Source: Lama glama (taxonomy: Eukaryota). From it: 64,000 nt of DNA. The stretch covers positions 47,928,001 through 47,992,000 of the forward strand of contig CM052818.1 in NCBI GenBank assembly GCA_028534125.1, written 5' to 3'. A model generated the notes under the pieces. It did no database searches. It had not been told where the DNA came from and saw only the letters and a program-made list of their open reading frames with translations. Shown one piece after another: positions 38,601 through 50,753 of the stretch. The stretch's first letter is position 1. Every line of letters begins with the position of its first letter. The position numbers were made by a program, and so were the translations under genes.

Positions 38601-40437
38601 CTACATTTATTGCTCTGTACCTGCTACTGTATGAAGTGTCTGACAACCATATTCTTTCTTATTTCATCTTTCAAAAAAACGATTAAATAGGAGCTCGCTA
38701 TATCTCTGGGTGCAAATGAGGAGGCTCAGTTTAAGAAGGGGAAGTGCCATGCTCAGAGGTGCAAGTCACTAGGTGGTAAAATCGGCACTTATCAGAGCTT
38801 TGCGTCCCCAAAGGCGGGAGGGAGTAATTATCATTACTCCAAAGAGAATGGAAAGACACCTGCATGTTTACTTTTCTGTTTCTTTAATCCCTGCATGCCC
38901 TGCCATTATTCAAGTAACATGATTTATTTCATTCAACTGGTGTTATGCAATGTTTATAACGTCATGGCTTCAATGCCTGTAAAGCAATATCCTTTCTAAT
39001 GAGCAAAGCATGCTTCTCCAAAGCAATATGGCTGCTAGGGGTCAATATAGGCTGAACACCTAACAGAAGTCTTCAAGGGTATGCTTCTCCCCCTGGGCAG
39101 CTGGGGTGCAGCTTCCTCTGCTCCTCTGAGGTCTGACTCTTTTGGCTAAAGCCAGGGTCTCTCCTTTTTCACTCCCAGGTGACCTTCAGACAGAGCCCTG
39201 AATGCAGCCTTCTCCTCAGCTGTGCCCCATCTCAGCCTGTCCCGTCCACGGGGCCCCTTTTAAGATGTGTGTAAGTGAGGAAGGACCATGACCACCCTCT
39301 CGACAGCCTGTCCAAGAGGGAGCCTTCCTGGAAGATGGACATGAAGTGGTTTTTCTTGCAATTCCCTTAAAAGAAGCTTTGTCGATGTGTTACTAGGGTG
39401 AAGACACTCTAAGAAATATTATACTTACACAGGTTATAAATCCTCGCCAGGAGGAGTGAATAGCACCATTTCTTTAATCTTTAATATCTAATTTCTAATA
39501 ATCTCTTTTTCAGAAATAAAGATGATCCTGGTACTTCCTATTAAGGGCGTGCTGAGTGGGTTATGAGTGTGGGAAATTTTGGGGTCCGTTAGAGCCATGG
39601 ATGAGCAAGTGGAGGAGGCTCTCACCAGAGGAGCCGGATCAGTGCCGCGTGATCAGAAGCAGGCACCACCAGATTTTGGTAAAGAAACATAATGAAGTGA
39701 TGTGAGGACTCACACTTCAATCTTGCTTTCCAAAGGGAGCTCGTTGCCCCAAGTCCTTCTGCCTGTCTCTATGAAGTTTCTGCAGAATGGCTGTGAGTAG
39801 TTGGTGAGGAAGAGCGTGACCTCCAGGCTTTGCAGAGTGTGCTTCTGAGGGATGCAAGAGGAATAGGAGGGAGGGACTGAGGTTTGGGAGGTGGATTTTG
39901 ACACTGAATGTAAGCTTGCTCTGCTCTGGGCTCTCTGAGTGAGTCCTGAGAGGTGGCTGCTGTGGGGTGCTATGTGTCTGGTCCTCGGGTTTCCACGTAT
40001 GCTGAGCACCTGCTTAATTCATGTGTGTTTGTCTGTGCTCCTTCAAAATGATTCTGCATTTTTGGTTTAGTTGAGTTCCAAATCTCCGAGGCAGGAAATT
40101 AGCCCACTTGGAAAGAGGAAAAAATATGTATGATATTCATGCATTTGAAATTTCAACAAAGACCCCTTTGGCTGAATTTAAGAGATCTCAGTAAGATGTC
40201 AGATCTAGCGTTTGGTGGGCTTCCATAATGCCCTGGCACTGGATTCGTTGCTTCCGACCGCAAGGGACATGAGAGCAAAGCTCATCTTCTCCAGCAGCCT
40301 GGGGAAGAGCCATGCTGACCATGCAGGTGGAGCAAGGGCTCCTTCCCTCCAGAGCCTCTCCTGCAGCTCTGTGGGGGGTCCTTCTGCTCCCTTGCATTGA
40401 TGGGAAGCCTGACTCACAAGGTTAAATGCCTTTCACA

Positions 40438-41052
40438 TGGCATTGAAGTATAGTCAGCTTACAATGCTGTGCCAATCTCCGGTGTCCAGCATAATGTTCA
40501 GTCATACATATACACACACATATACTCTTTCTCATTTTTTTCATTATAGGTCACCTCAGTTATTGAATATAGTTTCCTGTGCTATACAGAAGAAACTTGT
40601 ATTTTTAATCTGTTTTATATGTAGTAGTTAATATTTGCAAATCTCAAACTCCCAATTTATCCCTTCCCACCCCCTTACTCCCCAGTAACCATAAGATTGT
40701 TTATTATGTCTGTATCTGTTTCTGTTTTGTAGATGAGTTCATTAGTGTCTTCTCTTTTCTTTTAGATTCCACATGTGAGTGATATCATATGGCATTTTTC
40801 TTTCTCTTTCTGGTTTACTTCATTTGGAGTGATGATCTCCAAGTCCCTCCATGTTGCTGCACATGGCATTATTTCATTCTTTTTTATGGCTGAGTAGTAT
40901 TCCACTGTATAAATACATCACAACTTCTTTATTCTGTCATCGGTTGATGGACACTTAGGTTGTTTCCATGTCTTGGTTGTTGTGAATAGTGCTGCTATGA
41001 ACACTGGGGTGCATGTATCTTTTCAAATTAGAGTTCCCTCTGGATGTATATG
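40438..41052 (-). mobile_element. Camelid/cetartiodactyl L1 3' end (about 610 bp, 5'-truncated)
   Basis: attgaagtatagtcagcttacaatg...gtttcctgtgctatacag...tttagattccacatgtgagtgatatcat...ttttttatggctgagtagtattcc...gtgctgctatgaacactggggtgc. Confidence 0.9.
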
Positions 41053-41937
41053 TGGGCTTTTTGAAATCACACCTGAAATGTTTGATCTCTCTAGTGATTT
41101 CAGCTTGTACCATTGTCCAAAGGGTCTCTTGTTATGATGTTGACAATAAAAACATGGCTTCTTAATAATACTTTTCCAGGTTAGGAGGGAAATTCATTCC
41201 TGGTATTTTTAACTTGGTGGGACAACATGGCTCAGATCAACCTAGGGGTTTGGAGAGTCACCACAGTCTCTGCTGGGAGACGTTCTCACTCAGCTGCACC
41301 TCTGAGCACTGAGATGCGTGTCATCTGCAAAGAGCCCTGTGACCATTTGCACAGTTGACTGACTCGGTTTTTTTTTTTTGGCATGACACTTTTATAAACA
41401 TTATTCTAAACATTTTTAAAGCGGCCACTCATATATCTTACTGCCTAAAGTGTTATGGGAACTTAGGTGACTTTCATAGATTGCCAAGAAAATTGGTCCT
41501 CTGGCTGCATGGTACCTGTGGCCAAATCATCTAAGAAAACATAGAGATGGTTACACACAGCTGTCTCTTTCGATGTCAGAGTCTTCCTCGGGTGTCTAAG
41601 AAAGGGCTCAGAACGAATATGAAGTTCAGAGCCCCAACCTTTGTATGAGAAAAGAGTGTTTTCTTCTCTTTTTTAACAAGAGCTTTTCATTTTTTTAAGA
41701 ATGATATGAAACTACAAAAAAATCTGCAAACTACAAGTAAACATACTAACAGTGATAGGAATAGAGATGCAACCGTGACGCCTGTGTGAAGAGCTAGTCC
41801 CGCCACCCAGCGAGGGAACAACGGAGTCTCCTCCCCAGCACTGCCCAGCCCAGCGCGGTCTGCAATTCCAAACACGGACCTTCATGCCCCTGCTGGCTTC
41901 GCTCCCCACTGTTTCCCCTGTGATAATTCCTCTACCA

Positions 41938-42220
41938 CAGAGGCCGGCCCGTCTTTTCTGTAACAGGCCAGACGGTGACTGCCCCAGGCTCTGATACAGC
42001 TCTGCGCACTGCCTGAGCACGAACGGAGCCTTAGAATGGAGGTAAGGGGCAGGCCCGGCTGTGTTTCCAAAATCTTCATTTACTGTCATGTCACATCAGG
42101 TAGCCGTCCCTTTTTGGTTTTTTTTCCAACCACTTAAAAATGTAAAAAGCTTTCACATCTCGGGAGCGATGCACAAGCCTGGGGCAGATTTGGGTCGCAG
42201 GCTGTTCTTTGCCCACCCTG
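41938..42220. mobile_element. MER58B-like hAT-Charlie element
   Basis: cagaggccggc...ttttctgtaacaggccagacggtga...ggctgtgtttccaaaa...ccaaccacttaaaaatgtaaaaa...gatttggg...tttgcccaccctg matches the recalled MER58B. Confidence 0.75.
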
Positions 42221-42383
42221 CTGTACTCCGTCTTCTTGAGTGACAGTGTGCTCTGTACCCTTCTTACTTATGCAATTTCTTGATATTAGGCACATCTATC
42301 TTCATTTTATTTTTTACTCTTTTAAGTTAAAAAAAATTTTAACTTAAATGTAGTCGCTTTGCAGTGTTAGTTTCAGGGGATAT

Positions 42384-42989
42384 TGAGACAGGAAGGGGGC
42401 AGGGCACAGCCATTCAAAGACTGATACAGCAATTAACATCAAAATGGTGGAAGATTCAACTCCCAGTAGGCCCTGGGGCTCAGGATGGTGGGAGATCTGA
42501 GCCTCATTGTGCGCCCCTTGTAATATAGCAGCTTGGTGAATGACATGCCCCCCAGGCACCATGGCAGTCCCAAGGCTGGCCACAAAAGGTCAAAGTGGGA
42601 AATGGCCGACTTCCTGGGAATCCCGGCCCCTTCCCCAGGCTAGTTGAACTGGCCCTTCCACTTATTAGCCTGTAAAAACTGGCAACATGGTGCCTCGCGG
42701 CCACCCCGCCCTCTCTCTCTCCCTCTTTGGAGAAGGCCCACATTCTGTCTATAGAGCGTGTACCTACTTTTAATTTAATCTGAGCACGCACACCCCGCAC
42801 CTTGTGGCCTTTCTCTTGCCTTTCAATGTATCTCTCAGAATAAATCTACCTTTACTCAACTGTGGCTCGCTCTTGGATTCTTTCCTGCATGAGGCCAAGG
42901 ACCCACATCTGGTGCGGCACGTCCCAGGGGCTCAACCCTAGCCTGGGGCATAGCCCTTCTCACGCCCCACATCCATTTTTCCTGCATCA
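42384..42989 (+). mobile_element. MER41-like ERV1 solo LTR (606 bp)
   Basis: Begins TGAGACAGGAAGGGGGCAGGGCACA and ends CCTGCATCA. AATAAA at about 42839. 4-bp flanks ATAT and ACAT (one mismatch). Resembles the recalled cetartiodactyl MER41 LTR. Confidence 0.8.
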
Positions 42990-42994
42990 ACATC

Positions 42995-43125
42995 ATCTGG
43001 ACCAATTACATCAAAAATGAGCCTCTTTTCAAATAAGGTCACATTCTGCGGCACGGGGGACCTTAGACATGTGAAGAGTATCTCAACATAGGAAATGATC
43101 AGGGGACAAAATTCACCCCATAGCA
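42995..43125 (-). mobile_element. MLT1 (MaLR) LTR terminal fragment
   Basis: aattacatc...ttttcaaataaggtcacattctg...ggggacaaaattcacccatagca is a typical MLT1 end. Confidence 0.65.
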
Positions 43126-44224
43126 AACCCTCTGCAGGAGGCTCGGCTGAGTAGACTTCAAGGATGGCAATGATGAAACCTTAAAAAGATGAATAATTTG
43201 CCAAGGTCATCTAGCTTGTGAATCTGACCCTAAGACTAAACTCTGTCCAGCAAGTCCTGTTGCTTCTGAAGAGAGAGAGATGACGCTGATTTTGGGAGTC
43301 AGTTTTGAGGGTCTGCTGTGCCCGGAGACTTGGAGGGTGAGTCCTGAGCCCGCCCTTCTCCCTTCAGCCTGTCTCTCCTCTGTGGATACACTTGCTTATC
43401 AGCTGCCTTTGTTACAATAAAGACAGAATTAAAGTTTGCATCACCAATAGCTGATGCCAGGGGCTTTTAGTTTTCTATAAAATTAAATTCTAGTGAAACC
43501 TCTCCTGCATTTTCTTAGCAGGGAGGTAAGAGGCCCACTTAAATGCTGTTGGTGGGCTGCGTTTTTAAATGAATGCAGCTGGGTATTTTGATTAAATGCA
43601 TATTGAAATCCACTTATAACTAGTGAACCAAGACAATGAAAGGGCCTCACTGTACCATTAAGACTGTTTTCTGAAATCGTTCAAGTTAAACAATTCAACA
43701 GCCTAATGCTGTGCACTGGTGTCTCCTAGAAACGGGGAAGGAGCCTGTGAGCAATGACACGTGCCAGCCCCCGGGAGACAGCGCTGTCCAGGCAGGAGGT
43801 CCAGACCAAGGGTGCCACCTTGTCAGGGGGAAAACACCTGCTGGAGCAGATTTCAGCGCGCTGCTTGACGTGGATCCGGTGCTCAGCCGGTAGGGAACAG
43901 AATCGCCCAAATGGTTTCTTACAGCCCAAGGCAGTTCCGTGGCTGAGTTAAAGCTTCCTGATTAGACTGGCAATGTTTTGAATATATCCCATCCTCAAAT
44001 GCTGCTTCTACTGTGGGTTCTCAGGGCAGTCCATGTAGGCATTCCCTTTCCTTGGGATCTTGTCACTTGGATGCTGCAGTGGGCGACTCCTGGGCAGCGC
44101 TGACACATTCCCACAGCCCTGAAGGCTGCCGTGCAGTGAGCTGACAACGGGGCAAAAAGTACTCAACATTTACTCCACCGACACGCCCCTGTCGGTACCA
44201 CTGTGAGCTAAAGACAGTCACAGA

Positions 44225-44520
44225 GATCAAAGGACACGCCACAGTCTGGTTGGGGAGACAGACAGACAGAGAGGTGGGTGTAATCCAGTATGATCACCAC
44301 TCTGATGGCAGGGGTCCAGGTGTTGAGAGAGACCGAAGAGGAATATGGAACCCAACATAGGGATGGGAAAGGCAGGAAGAGTGCCTGGGCGAGGGCAACC
44401 CAGGAACTGAGGTTTGAAGAAAAGCAAGAGTGAAGCAAGAGAAGGCTGCCCAGAGAGCATCGTAAGCAGAGAGAACAGAATGGGCCATGACCAGGTCTGG
44501 AGGAACGAGCAACAGTGGAT
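44225..44520 (-). mobile_element. L2 LINE fragment
   Basis: acagtctggttggggagacagac...taatccagtatgat...gaactgaggtttgaaga...gcagagagaacagaatg. Confidence 0.6.
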
Positions 44521-45370
44521 GGAGAGCAACCCGGTGAGGCAGCAGACCACAAGGTTTATCTCCCCGACAGAAGAAATAACACGCAGGAGCTTCGAGTCCA
44601 GTGGCTCATGACTTACTCACCAGCAGCAATAAAATTGCATCCTTTCCTGGGGTTGACCTGAGGACACAGCTTCCAGACAAATGGAGATACAGGCCAAAAT
44701 TATCTTTTGGTCTCCTCATCGTCCCTTTTCAGATCCCTCCTTTGAAATCTGAAAATGCCCAATGCCAGGAAGATCTGAGACCAAGATGCTGCTCTTCAAG
44801 ACTATGAAAACGTACGTACCATTTTAGGATTCGCAGTCACCTGGAGAGTCTTCCAGCCAAATAGCCCATCCAACACATTACTAACAAATGGTCGTTTTTG
44901 CCTTTGCCTGAATCCAATCCATTGTTTTTACTGTTCATTAAGTGCAAAGCAGTCATGGGCTGTCCATCCTACTGTTAAAATGTTTGGCTTAAAATGTGTG
45001 TTTTTCTTCTATTTTTTAGCCTCTCCTGATGCCACATCAGACAAGTCCCCAGCCTCCCACACGATAGCCCTTTTGTTTGTTTTGCCTGAATCTTCTCTCT
45101 GTCAGCCTGCCATGGCAGGAAGAGCTTAGATTATATAGTTAAGGAAACCGGATTAAAATCCTCCTTGTCTTGGTTAATATTCACCTTTGTCACAGGAATT
45201 CATCAATTGACTAAATATCTGGTCCTTCCTCATGGGATTATAGAGCACCCAGATTTACCCAAACCCTTTAAATTAATCACAATCCCTAATGCTCATTAAC
45301 TTGAGCCTTCTTAACACTTTTCCAGTATTTCCTCTTCCGAGATCTATCAGAATTTGAATGGGAGACGGTC

Positions 45371-45410
45371 TTCTCAGAAATCATGTATGTTTCTCAGAAA
45401 TCATGTATGT
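45371..45410. repeat. Perfect 20-bp tandem duplication TTCTCAGAAATCATGTATGT x2, each copy carrying a TTCN3GAA motif
   Basis: Identical copies at 45371-45390 and 45391-45410. Confidence 0.95.
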
Positions 45411-45654
45411 GGCTTTGCACACCGCCATCTCCAGCGCCTCCAGTGATGATGGATAAATGAACAAAGTCAAGACTTCTGATATGCCGAGGTGCCTTCCTGA
45501 AATGCCTAGAATCTTGCTTGTTTAAAACCAATAACAGCTTTTATCTTTAAAGCAAATAAGTGTACTAGACACTGTGCTAGATGATTCACCTTCTTTATTT
45601 TACGTGATCTTTACGATTTGTCCAGACCCTTAGCTTGGTGGTTGACGAGGTCAG

Positions 45655-45830
45655 CTCTGGAGTCATGCTGTCTGGCTGGGTCTCTGCTCTGGCATAAGTA
45701 GCTGTGTGTCCTTGGGTAAGTTACTCAAGCTCTCTGTCCTTAGCTTCCCCAGGTGTACATGGCGATGCTGATAGTAGCTTCTGCATGTGAGGGTCCCATT
45801 TTGTGATGAGGAGCATGATGCTTTCCTAAG
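45655..45830 (+). mobile_element. MIR SINE
   Basis: gctctggagtca...tagctgtgtgtccttgggtaagttactcaagctctctgtccttagcttcccc. Confidence 0.75.
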
Positions 45831-47679
45831 CAGCCCCTCGCATCTGGGGACCACTGTCGGCGCTCAGCCCAAACACCCTGGGACCATCCCTCCTTGCAGC
45901 TCGGTGCTCCTCTCCCCTGCATACCGTGCATTTGCCCTAAAAGCTGCAACTCTTTTGAGGTTCCCATCCTGCTCTGCCTTCTTGGAGACCCCGAGTACCT
46001 GGCTGCTCAGGGCCTCGCAGACACCCTTAGCCAGAGATCAACAGGTGCGGAAGCCGGCAAGCCCACCTCGAGGCAAGATGCTTCCACGTCCCCGAGGGAC
46101 CCCTCCCCCGAGGCTGCACCCTGGCGTGGCTTCCTTCCTTTCCCCTTCCTGCTTCCCTTCTGCCTTGCGAGTTTCTCCTGCGAGCACTTCTTCACGAAGC
46201 CACCTGCCTACACGGCGTCTGCTGCTGGGCGCCCAGAGTGTCCCTTCTCTTGAGAACAAACCATGTCCCCAGACAGCATGGTTGTGTCCCTTTAGGAGCA
46301 GGTAAAACTAGTCTCACCTCTTAAACGTGTCAGCAGTGATTTGAGGAGAGCTCCTGTCCTTCCCAAATCTTCTAAAGCTAAGAGCCTTTAGGTTTTCTTC
46401 TTGTAGTTCTGTAATACTTCTGCCCCACCCGTTGGAGCCTCTGCTTGCTTAGACTCTCTGCTTGAGGATGGCGATTGGTTTCCTCTCTGTGTTACCTGGA
46501 GACCAGCGTCACGTCTGGTTTCTGCACCACCTGGAAGTTGCAGCAGCCCTCTCTGACCCGCAGGCTCAGCTCCGTAGACACTTGGAAACGTTGCTCAGTC
46601 ATCGGAGGGGTCCCGAGTCTCACTTCCTCGTCTGTGAAATGAGGAAATTCACACTGTCCATGTTACTGACCTCACTGCTCCTCTCTTTCACTTGAATTCT
46701 TACTTTCACTTCCATTGTCAGCTCTGGTTTCTCTTATTCTGAGATTTCCCTAAATTAAAGGCTGGGGTAGGCACCCCTCTTGGTTTTCCCACCACACCTC
46801 ATGGAGATCTCTGTGAGAGGGAACCATCCAGCTCTAAAATAACCCATGTGTCTCCAAACTCCATCATGAGCTCACTGAGGACACGGACACCTTATTCTTT
46901 TGGTGTCTTCTTCATCTTGCCCGGTTTCTGGTCCATGATAGATGCTCAGCACACACTTGTTGAAAGACTGTAGATGTAAAGCCTTTCTTAGAATCATAAG
47001 GACTTCGCCTTGAACATACTTAGCATCCTGCTTTTTAAAAATAAACGAACATAAGAATCGTTTTCTGCCTGGTTTCTGTTGCTCCTCCTCGTAGAAACCT
47101 CTGGACGTCATGTCGTTCTTCCTATGACTGTAACTGCTCTGAAGGACTCTTGCATGAACTTATTAATACAAATCTGATAGCCTTATGAAAACATTTATAA
47201 ATGAGAGTGCATTGGTCTAGCACAGGTCTCACAGTAATCCTTTAGTGAAAATACTGGAGGCTCATCAAAATGTTATCAGAATAGCTCGTTGAGATGCTAT
47301 ATTTGAAGACACACTGTACCTTCTCATCCATCCTAAGCACTTTAGCTTTGTACAATACGTGTTTCTTAATATTCTGGATGGTGATTTACAACAAATATGG
47401 CTGTGACTCCTAGAAGGGTGGCAGGATTACAACCTTCCTCCAACCTGTCAGCTAGTCTGGGTGAGATACATTCCAGTGAGTTCCTGAAAATTGCATGGTT
47501 AGGAGAGTGTAGCGATGAGAGAACATTCCGCTTGCAGAGTCCCTAGTGAATCTCCAGGAGTTTTCATGGTTCCCTTCTATACTCTGTGGCAAGGATTCTC
47601 CCCATGCTTGTAATGGTTCCTAATGATCAAAATTGTATCTGGCGTCTGCTCCATAATTAGTATAATAGTTCGTAGAAAA

Positions 47680-47860
47680 GTCAATGGACTTGGAAGACCA
47701 ATCTTGAGTCCCAGTTTGGCTTCTAGAATGTGCTGTGATCTCAGGAAAGCTTCTTAGCTTACCTTAGCCTCAGTTTTCCAGCCTGTAAAATAGGGGTGCA
47801 GGAAACACCTACCACAAGGGCCATTGCGAGGACTGTTAATATTTGAGAAAGAGCTTTGAT
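47680..47860 (+). mobile_element. MIR SINE
   Basis: ttgagtcccag...gctgtgatctcaggaaag...agcctcagttttccagcctgtaaaatagggg...acctaccacaaggg. Confidence 0.7.
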
Positions 47861-49095
47861 GACATCAGAATGTCTCAAAAGGTGCGGTCTTCTTCAGGCT
47901 TCACCTGCACTGTTCTGCTTTTACGTGAGTGTCTCTAGACTTACTTAGAAAGAAATCACATCCTTTTCTATGGAGGGTACTTTTCAGTCCCCAGGCTCAG
48001 GGGCAGGACTCCCTCAGCCACTGTGGTGGACTCATCCGGGCTCTGCTTCCTTCAGCCTCTTCACGGGCTCATGCGCGCTGGCTCGCTCTGTGCTTCACTC
48101 CCAACAGCCAGCCCCTCCTCCTCTTGGCTACACCTGTCTTCTGGCTACCGAGAGCGGACGGTTGGTGCGCGCGGAGACCCGCCACGAAGTGTCTGGAACT
48201 CACCCCCCGCGGGGGCCGCCTGCACGCAAAGACCAGCACATGCGGAGCAGACCAGTTCCTGGAGTCTCCTCCAGTCAGGTCCGTTTTGACTTATAACCTG
48301 CACTCTTTCCAGCATTTTCTTGTGTAGTGGAGCTAAGCTTCCCCTCCACAGTATTTTTCTTGATGTCTTCTGCTGGCTTGGTTTCCTTCTCTTCTTTTCT
48401 CCCCTTCTTTATAACGTTTATGGTTTTCCTGAGCGTTATTTCCCAACATATCACTTTCATACAAATCCTACCTGCGGAGCTGCTGCTAAGGAAGCCCTCC
48501 TGAGGCAGCTGAGAATCCGTTACCTACCACGGAAGGGACGGCTGTGGCTACTGCTAACTTACACGGGAGGTGGTGGCAAACGCATCAGGTAAGAGGAACA
48601 GAAACCACATTGAGGGCTAACCTTGCTACAGACACCTTGGTTTTGTTTCTGGTTGAATCTTCTCAAAGATCCGGAAAGATAGATAGAATGATCAGCGTTT
48701 TGGAAATGAGAAAGCTCAGAGAAGCTAAGTCGCTTGCCCCGAGTCACACATCTTGGGAGAATCTTGGCTCCAGCATGTTTTACAGCTGAATGAACCCAAG
48801 TTGGGGTGGTAGGCAGAACTCTGTGGTGACACCCCAAGGTCCTTGCGTGTCCCACCCGATGTGAGCTCTGCAAGGTCACAATCCATGGTCTCTTTTATCC
48901 ATTAAAACCCAAACACCTAAGACCAGACCTGAACCATAGTGTGTGCTCAATAAACATTTATGGAATGAAGCTTCAGGAATCATTAGTTTAAGAGGCGTGA
49001 AGGACACTGGTGACAGAAGACGTAAAGAATATATCTCTGTTGACACAATTCCAGAAAGTCCATCCTTTAGTTTTTCTCATGGTCTTCAGGCCAAA

Positions 49096-49460
49096 TGTAT
49101 TTGCTTTCTACTGCTGTGTGACAAAGGACAACAAAGAGCTGTTAAAACAAGCGCAGAATCCCAGAGATTCTGCTGGTCGGGAGCCTGGGTGTGGCTACCC
49201 GGGGTCTCTACTTCAGAGTCTGCAAGTCTAGGGTGAGGGGCTGAGGTCCTAGGGGCAGCTCACAGCTCCCTGCCACGGGGCCCACTTCATAGGCCGTTAG
49301 CAACACGGCGCTGACTTCTTCAAGGTCCGCAGGACACACCCAGGTCCTTGGCAAGTACGCTGCTCTTAGCATCTCTGCGTGGGGAGAACAGACACGCTCA
49401 GCTTCCAGGACACGCTACCAGGCCATCTGCTGTTCCGATTCCAGGTAGAAGGGGCGTTAG
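49096..49460 (-). mobile_element. MLT1 (MaLR) LTR remnant
   Basis: tgtatttgctttctactgctgtgtgacaaa...ttaaaacaa...ttctgctggtcgggagcctggg...ctgccacgggg...gacttcttcaagg. Confidence 0.55.
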
Positions 49461-50720
49461 CAGCAAAGCTGTTGAAGTTGGGAAAAATAGGACATTGTCG
49501 GAAATAAAGTTTAAAGGGTAGAGAGAGCTTTCTGAATTTTGAATACGAAGACAGAGAAAGCATTTGAACTTCTGTAACTCAAAATTTCTAAAGGTGTATT
49601 CATTGCAACACTAGCTCAAGGAAATATTGATACAACAGTGTGAGCAAGATTGCAGAGTTTGTTGACAAACACTGGGTTTAAGTCTAATGTTCGATTTACT
49701 GCATGCTTTTTTTTTTAAACGTCTTTCTGAAGTTTTTAAAATGCATTGTGATCACTACAATGTGGGGTATGTTTTGCAACCTTCCCAAACATATTTGTTT
49801 ACTGACTTCCTTTTTCAAACAGTATAGACCCTAACTAGCAACAAAGAACCAGTCTTATTTATTGGAAAGACTTAGAAACTTCGAGCTGGAGCATGATTTC
49901 TTAGGCTAAGATGTGCTTTCCTGGATGTGTTGCCATTGGCCGTCCCTCTGTTCTTTCAGCCCAGAGAACGAGCTTGCTCTCTTTTCTATGGGACAGCCCT
50001 TTAGACCCATGAAGACCCCTCTCGTTTCTTGCCTCAGCCATTTTCCGTCCATGCTAAATGCCTCCAGATCTATAAGCTGCCTTTCCTGTGTTGATCTGTT
50101 TGCATTCCTCTTACCATCTGGTGGTCAGAAGTGAATTAGAATTCTAGGTGCATTTTGGCCCGGACCAGGGAAGATGGGTCTGTTTCCGTATGCAGAATGT
50201 GAGGTGGACAGACGGATGAGATGGGTTTCCCTTTCCTTCAGTTTTAATTACATAACTTAATTATAGAAAACCTAGCTGTTTTCCAATCATTGTCAGCCAG
50301 GAAATCAGGACTTTTTTTTTCTTACAACCGAAAAAAAAAAAAACGACAAAAAAAAAAAACTGATTTATTTTCCCTGAGAGCTCAAAGGTCTGGAACATTT
50401 TAGGCACGAGGACATTTCAAAGGAGTGGGAATAGGGACAGGGAGAGGAAGGCAAATGAATTTTGCGCTTTACATCAAAGCCAAGCTTCTGGTTTTACTAA
50501 TGGGAGGTGATGAGAGAACATTTTAATGTCAGAAAGTTTTGAAAACCATTATGCTTCTCGGCAGCCCTTAAAGCTTTCTCCTGCTTCCTGGCTAGTGCCC
50601 TGGTAAGGCAGGTGTGTGTGCGCTCTGTCTCTTTCTGTCTCTCTCCTTTTCTTACACACACACACACACACTCTGAATGCAACAGTAAAAATTTGACTCT
50701 GCTATTGTTTGTCACGCCGA

Positions 50721-50753
50721 CTGCAGCTCCTGTATTGCTCTCAGGTGGCGCTG
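50721..50753 (+). promoter_or_regulatory. Candidate CTCF site
   Basis: The core-like CAGGTGGCGCTG is preceded by CTGCAGCTCC, resembling the CTCF upstream motif. The 5' half of the core is imperfect. Confidence 0.3.
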
